Assembly (NCBI RefSeq): GCF_009914755.1
Contig: NC_060941.1
Direction: 5' to 3' (one strand)
DNA from: the human T2T-CHM13v2.0 reference genome, Homo sapiens
DNA: 64,000 bases
The notes beneath the pieces are model-generated. The model made no database searches. It saw only the letters and a program-made list of their open reading frames with translations, and was not told the origin of the DNA. Positions 1 to 13,293 of this stretch are shown here, in pieces (the first letter of the stretch is position 1; every line of letters begins with the position of its first letter). The position numbers and the translations under genes were made by a program.

Positions 1-87
1 GAGCCCAGGAGTTTCAGGCTACAGTGCACCATGACTGCGCCTGTGAAATAGCTACTGCACTCCAGCCTGGACAACACAGTGAGACCA
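1..87 (+). mobile_element. Alu right-arm 3' fragment (AluJ/FLAM-like), cut by window edge
   Basis: gagcccaggag...actgcactccagcctgg. Confidence 0.85.
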
Positions 88-507
88 CAAACACACATTC
101 AAGTCTGGGATTCAGGGCCTTGCTGAGGTGGGTATTTACTCATGTGCTCCCATCATGACTGACTTTGCTGTACATAAATTGAGCTTTGAGCACTTAAGTT
201 TGAACTTGGCCCACAGTGAGACACAGACTAGAAGCATGACTTTGGAAGTTCACTTTCTAACCACCATGCAAAGCTATATGGCTATCAGCTAGTACAGAGC
301 CTGGCATGTAGCAGGAGCATAGTAAATATTTGTTGAATGAGCAGCAGACAAGTCACATTTAGGGCAGATACCTTTTAAGTAAAATTTAAAATCTGGTCTG
401 TCTAGTTTGCTACGAATGTTAACATAGGAATGTAAAGTAACACTTCTCCTGCGTGATTACCTCCTTTATCCTGTTACTAGGCTCTTGTTCTGTTGCATAT
501 ATCTTAT

Positions 508-513
<6 letters not shown>

Positions 514-541
<28 letters not shown>
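514..541. repeat. (TA)14 microsatellite
   Basis: Direct read. Confidence 0.95.
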
Positions 542-544
<3 letters not shown>

Positions 545-696
545 AGCATTTGGTATATGAAGTACAAATCAATGCAGTGGGTAACATGGTTAACCTTCAT
601 TACAATGAAGGGACAAACTTCAGGTTAAACTTCTGATCATTAGTCAAATCAAACTTGGATAATTTGTAGACTATTATAATACTAAAAAACAAAAAA

Positions 697-1296
<600 letters not shown>

Positions 1297-2077
1297 CAAA
1301 AATCTTTAATGTACTAAAACTTTATAAATTTTAGATAAAACCAGTAAACACAGCAATGAGGGACAAAGCAAAACAAAAATATTCAAAAGAATATTAAAGC
1401 ATATAAACAAAAGCATGCTCACCCTTTGAACTTTAATACACTGCTACTACTTACACATTTCCCAGGTGTTCCCTTCTGTTGTACCCTATGCTGTGTAGAC
1501 TTACACAGACCATATTCATTCCTTTTCTATCCATAGAGTTAGCTGGACTTTAGTCCACTATCATTAATACAGTAGTGAATTATAAACCTTAAAATCCACA
1601 GCTTCTAGAAAAAATACAATTGATTTCTCCTTTTCATTTTGAGAATTTTACTGCTCGACATACCAAGGTAGGGCTGGCAAATATGAGCCCCTGTCATAGG
1701 CCTGCCCTACAGAGCGGAGATGTATTATAGCAAAGATGGTTGCAGACTGGTGACAGGACCAAGATGCTCTTCCCCACTAGCCCCTGACCCCCCTCAGAAA
1801 TCCACCTATGCGGTACCCCCAACAGGTACTACCAACTGAGCAGTCACCACGGCCGGAGAAAACGGGCACCTTCCCTGCTCTGCGAGGAGACAGAAAGCTG
1901 AGCTCTGCAACATGACAGAGGCATCAACTCAGGATGGCATGTGTTCTTGAACTTTTCATTTTGTGACTCATGTTGTCACCCTCCATAGAGCCAACCATAA
2001 ATGTTTTCAAAACGATTCATTACAAACTCAATATTCTTTAAAAACGTTGATGCTGTGACAGTGCAAACAGCATTGAT

Positions 2078-2083
2078 TTTATT
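2078..2083 (-). terminator. Distal poly(A) signal AATAAA
   Basis: Plus tttatt; several upstream UGUA (plus taca, 2105-2225); CA at ~2054-2057; U/GU-rich downstream. Confidence 0.75.
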
Positions 2084-2996
2084 GCTCGACTTCGGCATGG
2101 GCACATACATAGTTAATTTTTAAAAACCATTTATACAGATGTTACTGATAAAGCTCATGTAACAAATGAATGAAAATACAAAGAATATCAAAGCTAAAAC
2201 ACTCTGTAATAAATACAAATACAATGAAAATGATAAAACTTTGTTTTTAAAGTCAGTCTGAGAGAAGAATATTACATAAAGTGAACTAATTACATCTAGA
2301 AATAAAACAACTCAGCATTTGGAACAATCATCCTAACATGTTAAATACCACAAATGGCACCCGTTGACTGTACGCTTAGAAAACAAGCAGAAGGAGCCAC
2401 TCTCCCAAACTAAGGATGGTTGGAACAGCCTCTAACTCCCAACAATCCAATCAGTCCAATGCACTGGAAATTCAAAGCCCAGATTTAGTGTTGTAAAGTA
2501 AAGCGAATTACATTGTATTTGAAAGAAGAGAATCTTGTGCTCCGGACTGTAAATACATGAAAGAAAAAAAGGCTTGGTAAAAAACCCATTCGGGGCAACA
2601 AACTATGTGCAAAACAAAATGTACACTATACACTATACACTATGCACTATTTAAAAACTACACCAAGATACAAGGCCCTCTGAGGCAAGACTTACCTCTC
2701 TGTACTGCCTATGAGCTCTACAAAGGAATCTCTGTTCATAACTAAGCATTCATGATGGAAAGGCAAGAGTATGAAAACAGATATCACATATCTGAAATAA
2801 CAATACAGCTAGAGGGAAGACAAGAAAAAACCAGTTAAGAGGGACATGGAAATAAATATTCACATTAAACATGAGGTGCAAGTCCATGGTTCAATAATAC
2901 ATTGGGGGTTTTTGCTTAGCACCTATTTGGAAGTAATCGGGTAATGTAACTTTGAAATGGAAATCTAAATCATGTTTTTATATATGTTGGTGATAA

Positions 2997-3338
<342 letters not shown>

Positions 3339-5368
3339 TAAAGCTCTATTAAGTCATTAGTATAAAGTTAAAAAGGCACTCAAAAAGCAATGGTATTTGC
3401 CTGCTTTATATTGTATATTAAAATAAGTGATAGTAGCATTTCATTATTACTGTATCCCTGTCAGTTATGATTTCTGTATTCATTATGTACTTTTTTACTG
3501 AAAGATTTTAAAAGTAGGCACAATTATAAACTGCACTAGTGCTTTAATATAAAAGAGAGATGGGTCTGCAACCAGTAAAGTACTATCATGACAGCTGAAC
3601 ATTACTGATTATCAAATAGCATAGAAACCACTTCCATACATTTCAAGATGCTCTTCAGTACTCAGAATGCAATGTAAAAAAAACAAATTGTTTGAGAGGA
3701 AAAAGGTAGGCATAAGCATATTACCACTGCACAGTTACAACTATGACTAGCTTGCTTGTGGCAGTTGAATTTGGCCAAATGAAATACATTAAAATACTTA
3801 AAAACTACACAAGTAGTTCTCAACTTTTTTAAAGCAGCAAAATCTCCACTTTTTTTATCCCATCCATTCCTCCCCGCCCCACTGCACCCCATGAAAGCTT
3901 ACTTGAAATTCCAATATACATAAGAAAAATGGGCTGTTCTGGGTAAAGGGGGTGGGGATATGGAGCCTAAGGCCCCTGCTCAAATACCAACTAGGCCTTC
4001 CCCCTCGCTCCCTCTCATTGCCCCTCTTCTCTTAAACCATTACTCCTGAGGCACCCCTGAGGAACCCTTTGGCTCCAAGAACACAGACTGAAACCCACTC
4101 CATCACATGAAACAGAACACAGAGGACCTATTTACTTGATAACTTTAAATTTTGCAGCTTAATTATCATGAAAATTTGCTTATTTCACATCAATGTAAAA
4201 AAAAACTGATAGTACATATTTTTGATGGTTGAATTTAAAAATCCAACTGTGATTTCAGATTTTTTCAATCCCTCACCCCAGAGTTTTCGTTGCTTCTGGA
4301 TCATTCAACATGCACGCACCTTGAAAGCTAAATCTGGACGTTTCAAAATCAGATGCAGATCTTCAACACCAAGGGAAGCGGGATTCCCTTACTTCCAAAA
4401 TGAACTCTTCAAAGTAATTTACGCCATAGAGTTAGAATCACTGTTCATACTACCGCCCCTCAACCCCACTTCATTCTGTTAGGTAAAAGCAGGATTTTCT
4501 AAGCTTATTAATAATCTTTAGAGCAAAATTCTTCCTTTTTCATAACTGTAGCTGATTAAAATTATGAGCAGTTAACGCTTTAGGATGGTTTTGTTAATGG
4601 AAACTTACACTGTAGTTAAAATACAATATAAATTAGGTGCACTTGTCAGAGACTTTGGTTTATAGGAATAGTCCATATATTAAAGATAAGCTGACCCAGC
4701 AAAATAACGAAAATCCCATCCCATCCACATGCTCTGAGAAGCTATAAAAATGCAGTATTTTAAGATTAAAAGTAAATCCAAAATACCTAATCATATTGAC
4801 TCAAGATAAAAACATTAGGTTTTTTTTTTTTTAAAAGAGTCTCTTAAAAACAGGGAGCCCCTGAACACATCTTATTGTCACAAATAAATGACTAAGTTTA
4901 GACTAAATGGTTGCATTAGGAATTTGACAACCAAAATTATATCGCTGTATTCCAGGAAATCCGTTCTTGAAAAATGTAAAAAAGACCCACTTAGACTAGG
5001 TTGAAACATATAATGCAAAATATAATGCTCTGCTATAGAAAAACACAAACATGTAAATGGCTTAATTTCTTAAAGATGATTCTTTTAGCCAATTGTTTAC
5101 AAAGGTAGAATAATTCAAAATAATTTTATTTTTTTTTACAAAGAGCAAGTACAGGAGCTGTTCAAGATCATGTATTCAATCAAAATGAAATGTGACTTGT
5201 ACCGACTGCTGAAGTTGTCTTGATGTTTGAGAGACTTGAAATCTGTGAAGAAATTTGAATAGATTACCTTTTATAAAAATAGTAGTAGTCTTTAAGTGTA
5301 GAATACTGCCTAACTCTGGAAATGTAGGAAAAGTCAGCATTCTTTAGGTTCAAGATATTAAGTTTAAA

Positions 5369-5375
5369 TAGCAGC
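5369..5375 (-). promoter_or_regulatory. miR-15/16/195/424/497/503 7mer-A1 site (GCUGCUA)
   Basis: Plus tagcagc; second site UGCUGCU at 3833-3839. Confidence 0.5.
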
Positions 5376-5449
5376 TGAATGTGGCCTCATGGCAAAGCAT
5401 AAAGACCTTTTTTTTCCTTGAAAAGGAATTTCAAAATTGTCCTTTCCCC

Positions 5450-5457
5450 TCACAGTG
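5450..5457 (-). promoter_or_regulatory. miR-128 8mer / miR-27 7mer-m8 seed site (CACUGUGA)
   Basis: Plus tcacagtg, about 140 nt after the stop. Confidence 0.55.
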
Positions 5458-5598
5458 TCCTAAAATGTAAAAAAAAAAAAAAAAAGGGGGGGGGGGGAGT
5501 GTTTTCCTGTATTTCAGCATATTCTTTGAAACTCTGCTGAAAGGAGGCTGTCAGTCAGGGTTGTATAAATAGAGTCCTGGGTAAATCCTTGAAGCTTG

Positions 5599-5733
<135 letters not shown>

Positions 5734-6013
5734 TCAAAATAAGTAAACTGGCCTAGCAAGTGTATACCAGTATAGCCACATCACTCTGTGTCACACAGAA
5801 AACTAAAAGGTATTTCTCTAAAACAGAGATGACCACTTTTGGGTTTTCCTACCAATTTCCGAATAATCTTAACTTTTAAATCACTTAAGTTGCTTATCAT
5901 TCCCTTTAAAGGCCCATTTAACACTAGTAAGTACAATAAATAAAAAGTCAAATCTGTTTGGAACTAACACTTATGTACATGGAATGGGGAATACAGCTAC
6001 AAAAATACCTTAC

Positions 6014-6089
6014 CAAGTGTGGGCTTTCGGCAGGTTGTTAGTGCAGGCATCAATCTGGTGTATGGTAAAGAGTCTCGGGCCTGCAGCAC
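6014..6089 (-). CDS. SMURF2: SMURF2 exon 18, HECT C-lobe (GAAGPRLFTIHQIDACTNNLPKAHT)
   Basis: 76 nt; tgcag|GTG ... CTTG|gtaagg. Confidence 0.97.
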
Positions 6090-7350
6090 CTGCAAATGAA
6101 GGAAATGTGGATGAAATCACTGCAGGTGCGTGCATTAGTCTCCAAAATCTTAAGAATAAAACTGGTAAGTTAACCACAGGATCTGGGGATAGGGGAATGC
6201 TAATGAATCCACACATACTACCAAAGGGCAGCAGGAAAAGCATCTGGGTTTTAAGAGCCAGAATTAACCTTGGATAAGGCTTAGATTCCGTAATAGGTTC
6301 ACATTTCCATTTGAGAAAAAACTCAAGATTGAAATCCCTTTCTCAATTTCTATCTTTTATAGAAAGTCAATATCCCAAAAGCATGAGAAGAAAAGTAATC
6401 AGGCAAATCCAAGGTAAAATACATAGGCACACATTCAAAAAGATGACGACCTGATGCAAATTTAGATTTCATGACTCAAACTGGGCTGACAGCAAAAGAG
6501 CCGTCTATAGAATCCATTTCAGTTCGCACAGGCACCCCATATAAATACATGTAGCAGAAATACAACTTCACTTTATGCATCTGGGAAGTGTGAGGATGAG
6601 GAGCTCTCCTTACAGAGAAGGGCAGCACAGCTGAAAGCACGCTCTCCCCCCAGGGATTTCAGCGCATGCGCTGTGGGCAGCACTGTCGAATTATGTACCA
6701 GTGTCGCTTTGTGTGTCCTTATTCATCACCAGCAGCTTTGAAAATGAAGTGCTTAAGAGGTAAAGGAAGCAACTGCCACCCAGTGAAGCACCACAATCAT
6801 TAGCAATATTACCAGCTCCTCCCAAAATTAACCAGCTTATTCCACAGAAAACCATTCTTAAAAAAGGAATATGGTTGTAAACAAATGGTCTGATGCCATG
6901 CAGTAATTAAAATGCTCTGACCGAACAGATGGTTTCCATGACCCATGCTGCTTCTGTCTAATAAGAGAAAGAACGAAAAGTAGAGGGGAGAGGCATCCCA
7001 GGCAGGTAAACGTTTCACCAGGTCAAGATGTGAACATGGAAGTGAACGACTTCCCTACAGGAATGTGCAACAGAATTAAAAGTAAGGTGACCAGAAAACA
7101 AAGGCAGAGCATCACCACGTACGGTCTCTAGCATGCGGCACTCACTACAATCAGAGAAGCCCGCAGAAAAGGCTCTTGGGAAGGGAACAAAAGAAAGGAG
7201 GGAGAAGAAGGTATCACAATGTGAGAGTCACAGATAAGAAGTGAAAAAGAGAATCTCTAAGCACATGGTTTACAAAATATCTCCACAGACCCCACGCTGA
7301 CAGCCCCGCCCCCACCCGCTGCCCAGCTTGCCTGCACCTCAGGCTGTTAC

Positions 7351-7552
7351 CTTGCAATGCTTTGAAGCCCTGCAGAGGCACTCGAGAGGATCCTGTCACA
7401 AACTGAAGCAATCTTGCTCGTCGCTCTTCATCAAAAAACTCCACAGCTTTCCAGAACCATTTGACAATGTTGCTGTCTGGTGTACAGTGTTTTAACCGGG
7501 TGTTTACCTTCCAGTCATTAACATCTATCTTTCCAAGTCCACAAATAATGAG
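7351..7552 (-). CDS. SMURF2: SMURF2 exon 17, HECT hinge/C-lobe (LIICGLGKIDVNDW...LLQFVTGSSRVPLQGFKALQ)
   Basis: 202 nt; cacag|CTC ... CAAG|gtaaca; matches ORF 7214..7648. Confidence 0.97.
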
Positions 7553-8146
7553 CTGTGAAAATAGTACACAGTAATGAACCTGTGGAAACCACAGCCAGAC
7601 CAAAAATTCCTCAAAAGAGAACTTTAGGTTTGTACTGCTGGCTGTCATTTGGTGGTTCCTAATTAAAGATGCACATCAGAATCATCTGAAAAGCTTTTCA
7701 AATTGACATTCCAGGTCCTAGGCTCAGAGATGTTAATTCTGTGCACCTGGGGTGACAGTTGGGATCTATATTTTAAAAAGCTCCAGAGATATCTACTCAC
7801 TGCAAACTCCCTCTCCAGGGTCTGAGAACCACAGCTGTGATAGACTTGACCAGGTAAACAATTGAGAATGTTTCATAAGTTCATAATAAAATTATAAAGC
7901 TTTAAAAAAAATGGACAGAAATTGAGACCCAAAGAGTAAATACAGATATGTGCCTTCTTTGGACCTGCATCATCTACTAGTTTCAATACCTATTAGCTTT
8001 GTTGATTGAGGGCAATTCAATCAATTCCTCTGCTGTAATATGGTAGTAACATCCATTTCACTACATCCTGGGGAAGCAACCGATAATGCACAGAAACTTC
8101 AGAAATGGGTGTTGAATAAGTGAGTCATACAATTTGCTTAATAATT

Positions 8147-9540
8147 TTTTTTTTTTAAGACAGAATTTTGCTCTGTCTCCTAGGCTGGAGTGCAGTGGCA
8201 TGATCTAGGCTCACTGCAACCTCTGCCTCCCGGGTTCAAGTGATTCTCCTGCCTTAGCCTCCCAAGTAGCTGGGATTACAGGCATGCACCACAATGCCCA
8301 GCTAATTTTTGTATTTTTAGTAGAGATGAGATTCCGCCATGTTGGCCAGGCTGGTCTCCAACTCCTGGCCTCAAGTGATCCGCCTGCCTCAGCCTCCCAA
8401 AGTGCTAGGATTATAGGTGTGAGCCACTACACCTGGCCTACATTTGCTTAATAATATTAAATTGATATTAAAGCACAAAATACATGAGCACATTGATACA
8501 GACCTCTGCTAAACACATCCTGATGGAGGGTCACACAGATGAACTATATCCAAATCATTTTATACTATTATTAATATGTCTCCCTAGGGTTCAAGACTAA
8601 CTCACCATACTAATCTAACATGTTTGTTTATAGCAGTGAATTCCATGTATACTATAAAACATAACTTGCAAATCCTGTATTTTATAGAATTACACCCAGG
8701 ATTAATATATACAATGCTAAAATAAATGTTATACATATTGTCTTTAAAAATTGGTAGGGTGTGGTAGCTCACGCCTGTAATCCTAGCACTTTGGGAGGAC
8801 GAGGCATGCAGATCACTTGAGGTCAGGAGTTCAAGACCAGCCTGGCCAACATGGCGAAACCCTGTATCTACTAAAAATACAAAAAGGTAGCCGGGCGTGG
8901 TGGCGGGCACCTGTAATCCCAGGTAAGGCATGAGAATCGCTTGAACCCAGGAAGTAGAGGTTGTAGGGAGCTGAGATCCCATCAGCCTGGGGGACAAGTG
9001 AGACTGTGTCTCCAAAAAAAAAAAAAAAAAAAAAAAAAGCCAAAATAATGTTAGCCAGGCGTGGTGGTGCACACCTGTAGTACCAGTTACTGGGGAGACT
9101 GAGGTAGGAGGATCACTTCAGCATAAGAGTTAACAGTGAGCTAGGATCATGGTACTGCACTCCAGCCTAGGCAACAGAGTGAGACTCTATCTCAAAAAAT
9201 AAAAATAAAAAGTTTAATGATTCAGGCCTGGTGCAGTGGCTCACGCCTGTAATCCTAACAATTTGGGAAGCAGAGGCAGGTGGATTGCCTGAGCTAAAAA
9301 GTTCAAGACCGGCCTGGGCAACATGGTGAAACCCCATCTCTACTAAAAATACAAAAATTAGCCAGGCATGGTGGTGCACACCTGAAGTCCCAGTTACTCA
9401 GGAGGCTGAGGCACGAGAATCGCTTGAAAACCTGGGAGGCAGAGGTTGCGGTAAGTGGAGATTGTGCCACTGTACTCCAGCCTGGGTGACAGAGTGAGAT
9501 TCTGTCTCCACAAATAAAAAAAAGAAAAAAGAGAAGAAAA
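8147..9540. mobile_element. Alu cluster: 8147-8438(-), 8755-9038(+, internally deleted), 9050-9210(+, right arm), 9225-9540(+)
   Basis: Alu consensus blocks and A-tails. Confidence 0.9.
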
Positions 9541-10248
9541 ACAAAGTTTCATGACCCATTAGCAGTAGAAACTATATTAAAAATCCTAACCCTACCAAAT
9601 AAAGTCTCCAGTAAGGCTTCTATGGGGTTCTGAAATAAAATCTCCAACAAAGCTTCTACAGGGTTCACTGAATTAACACCACACTGAACAGGGAGGAGGT
9701 TATCCGAAAAGGATTATGGGTGTATTTAATGACATAAAAGACACCTCCTAAATTCTTTTCTTCAGAGGAATGGCAGTTAGAAGGCCAAATCCTCGTTTAT
9801 TGTATAAAGAGATGAAAATGCATTATATTTCAACCTTATCGGCATTCCTGCTATGTTCTCCTTCTAACTACTTCCTTCTGGCTATTTCACTATGAACAAT
9901 TCAATCACAAAAGGAATGGGGAGAGTATTAAGTAAAACCAACCTTTTTAGATTTGTTTGCTAACAGGTCTATTAACAGATTTATTTAGAAAGGACATTGA
10001 AGGCATTGAATAAAATCATGTTTCAAATTATTAGTAGACTTCAAATATTTGTGTTATCCCTAACTACTAAATAAATTTGGGACCTTTAATAGAATTAAAC
10101 CTCGTGTTTTTTAGTTGTTCAGTAGGAAATTCAGATGCATTTGTTTAAGGTCTTAATTACAAAACCTGGGGTGTTTAAGGGCCAGCTTTAAAAGGAAACA
10201 AAAAACTATTCACTGTTTAGTATGGCCGTTAATCTAAAGACATTTAGA

Positions 10249-11118
10249 GGCCAGGTGCGGTGGCTCACACCTGTAATCCCAGCACTGTGGAAGGCCGAGG
10301 TGGGTGGATTATTTGAGGTCAGGAGTCCCAGGCCAGCCTGGCCAACATGGTGAAACCCCGTTTCTACTAAAAATACAAAAATTAGCTGGACGTGGTGGCA
10401 GGTGCCTGTAGTCCCAGCTACTTGGGAGGCTGAGGCAGGAGAATCACTTGAATCCAGGAGGTGGAGGTTGCAGTGCCACTGCCCTCCAGCCTGGGCAACT
10501 CTGTCTCCAAAAAAAAAAAAAAAAAAAGAGAGAGACATTTAGATTCAATTTATCCTAGGTGTTTTAGTTATTTTCTCGATGATCTTGTCTATCAAATGCT
10601 TTCTTGCAAGCTTAGTGTAAAACTAATTCAGAGTAGGCTCTTACCCAAATAAATTTCAAAATGGTAGATTAATGAGGTTTTACTTAACTAAATCAGTAAC
10701 CACTAAGTTAGGGAATAGACATATATTGGAAGAATGTACATATAAGTCACGAAATCTGTTTAAAACAAGAAAGTACAGGATAGAAAAATAAATTAAAAAT
10801 TTTCACAATATAAGAGAGACTGCTCACAGCTGGGCATGGTGGCTCAAGCCTATAATCCTAGCACTTTGGGAGGCCAAGGCAGGCGGATCACTTGAGCTCA
10901 GGAGTTTGAGACCACCCTGGGAAACATGGCAAAACCCTGTCTCTACCAAAAAAAACAAAAAAATTAGCCAGGGGTGCTGGTGCATGCTTGTAGTCTCAGC
11001 TACTTGAGGGGCTGAAGGATCATTTGAGCCCAGGAGGTCAAGGCTGCAGTGAGCCATGATTGCACCACTGCACCCCAGCCTGGGTGACAGAGTGAGACCC
11101 TGTCTCAGAAAAAAAAAA
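10249..11118 (+). mobile_element. Alus ~10249-10527 and ~10829-11118
   Basis: Alu consensus. Confidence 0.9.
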
Positions 11119-11333
11119 AGAGAGAGAGAGACAGATTGTTCACTCACAGAAATTCCAAAGCATGAAAGGCCTTCAAAAGCATGAAAGACTTTTCCTGTGA
11201 ATAAGAATTCTCAAGCATAGAACCATGAAACTTAGAAAGCACCAGAAATATGCTTTCCTCTAAAACTAAGTAACAAAATAATTCCCAATCCTTCCTTGTT
11301 ACACTAGTGATGTTATAATACTAATGCACTAAC

Positions 11334-11454
11334 CTCTAACTCCTTCTCATCAAATGTCTTCAGCAGATGTTGTGGAATTACTTCATTAAATCCTTTCTGC
11401 AGAGCCAAGAATTGAGCCTCAATGCCTCGTAAAAATCTCCAGTTCACATAGAGC
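11334..11454 (-). CDS. SMURF2: SMURF2 exon 16, HECT (LYVNWRFLRGIEAQFLALQKGFNEVIPQHLLKTFDEKELE)
   Basis: 121 nt; tacag|GCT ... AGAG|gttagt. Confidence 0.97.
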
Positions 11455-12388
11455 CTGTAAACATTCGGCAGGATTTCGTATAATCACATGTATTTTCAGA
11501 TCTGGTAATTATTATTATAAATCTCTACTTTAGCAACACCGCATCTTACAAGCATCTAACATTAACGGTTTAGCCTCAAGTCTAACAATAAATCTCAGAC
11601 TAATGGGGATAAATGAACCCTGAGGTGTGACACAGTTCAATGTTGATGAAAAGTGGTAAACTACTAACAAAAGCAGCATCAGCAGAGCAACCCTTCAAAT
11701 CAGAGAAGCTCCCAGGAAACAGGACGTCTACTAGAGCTGAGTCTTGATGAAATTTCTTTCTAAACTTACAGCATACATGCCAATAACTAGAATAAAGAGC
11801 TCTTTCACTCAAAAATGACTTATTTTTCTGATTTTACTTGCAAATGTAATTTGAATGTGTTGGGTGTTTTGTTTCTATTTGAGGGAGGCCTACGGGAGAA
11901 GAGGAGGTAGAGAATCCTCATACCAAAAATGAGAAGAATAAATAGTAAAAGCCAATAGCAAGCACTTTTTGATTAAATAATCATTGTTCTCTAGAGGATA
12001 TAAAAATTCTGGAAGATGTAATTTTACCAATAAAAAAATGCACTAAACTACATCTATTGTGTGAATGTACGATTTATAAGTGAATTGTTTTTATTTATCT
12101 ACCCAAGAAAACTTCTCCATCTCATGCATCACAGAACTTACTCATCTGTCAAATTTGTTAACATTTCCAAATTTGGAGAAATGGTTCTCTACTTTAAGAA
12201 ATAAGTTACTTAACATTATATCCTTTGGAGGACCGTATTTTTGTTTGTTGGGTTAAGGGGACAGCAAAACTGTGTAACTGTAAAAGTTTTTCTTTGAATT
12301 TTTAATCTAATAACTGTAGTTGGCAAGGGATTATTACGTGCTGTAAACACGACTGAACCCTGAAGAGTGGGATCCAGGGACTGAGTAG

Positions 12389-13293
<905 letters not shown>

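Noticed and set aside
5125-5130. Proximal AATAAA in the 3'UTR
   Set aside because: Embedded in an A-run on the mRNA strand; cannot be distinguished from chance or internal priming without 3'-end data
5984-6277. 97-aa plus-strand ORF antisense to exon 18
   Set aside because: No recognisable homology or promoter/splice support; open antisense frames over exons are common
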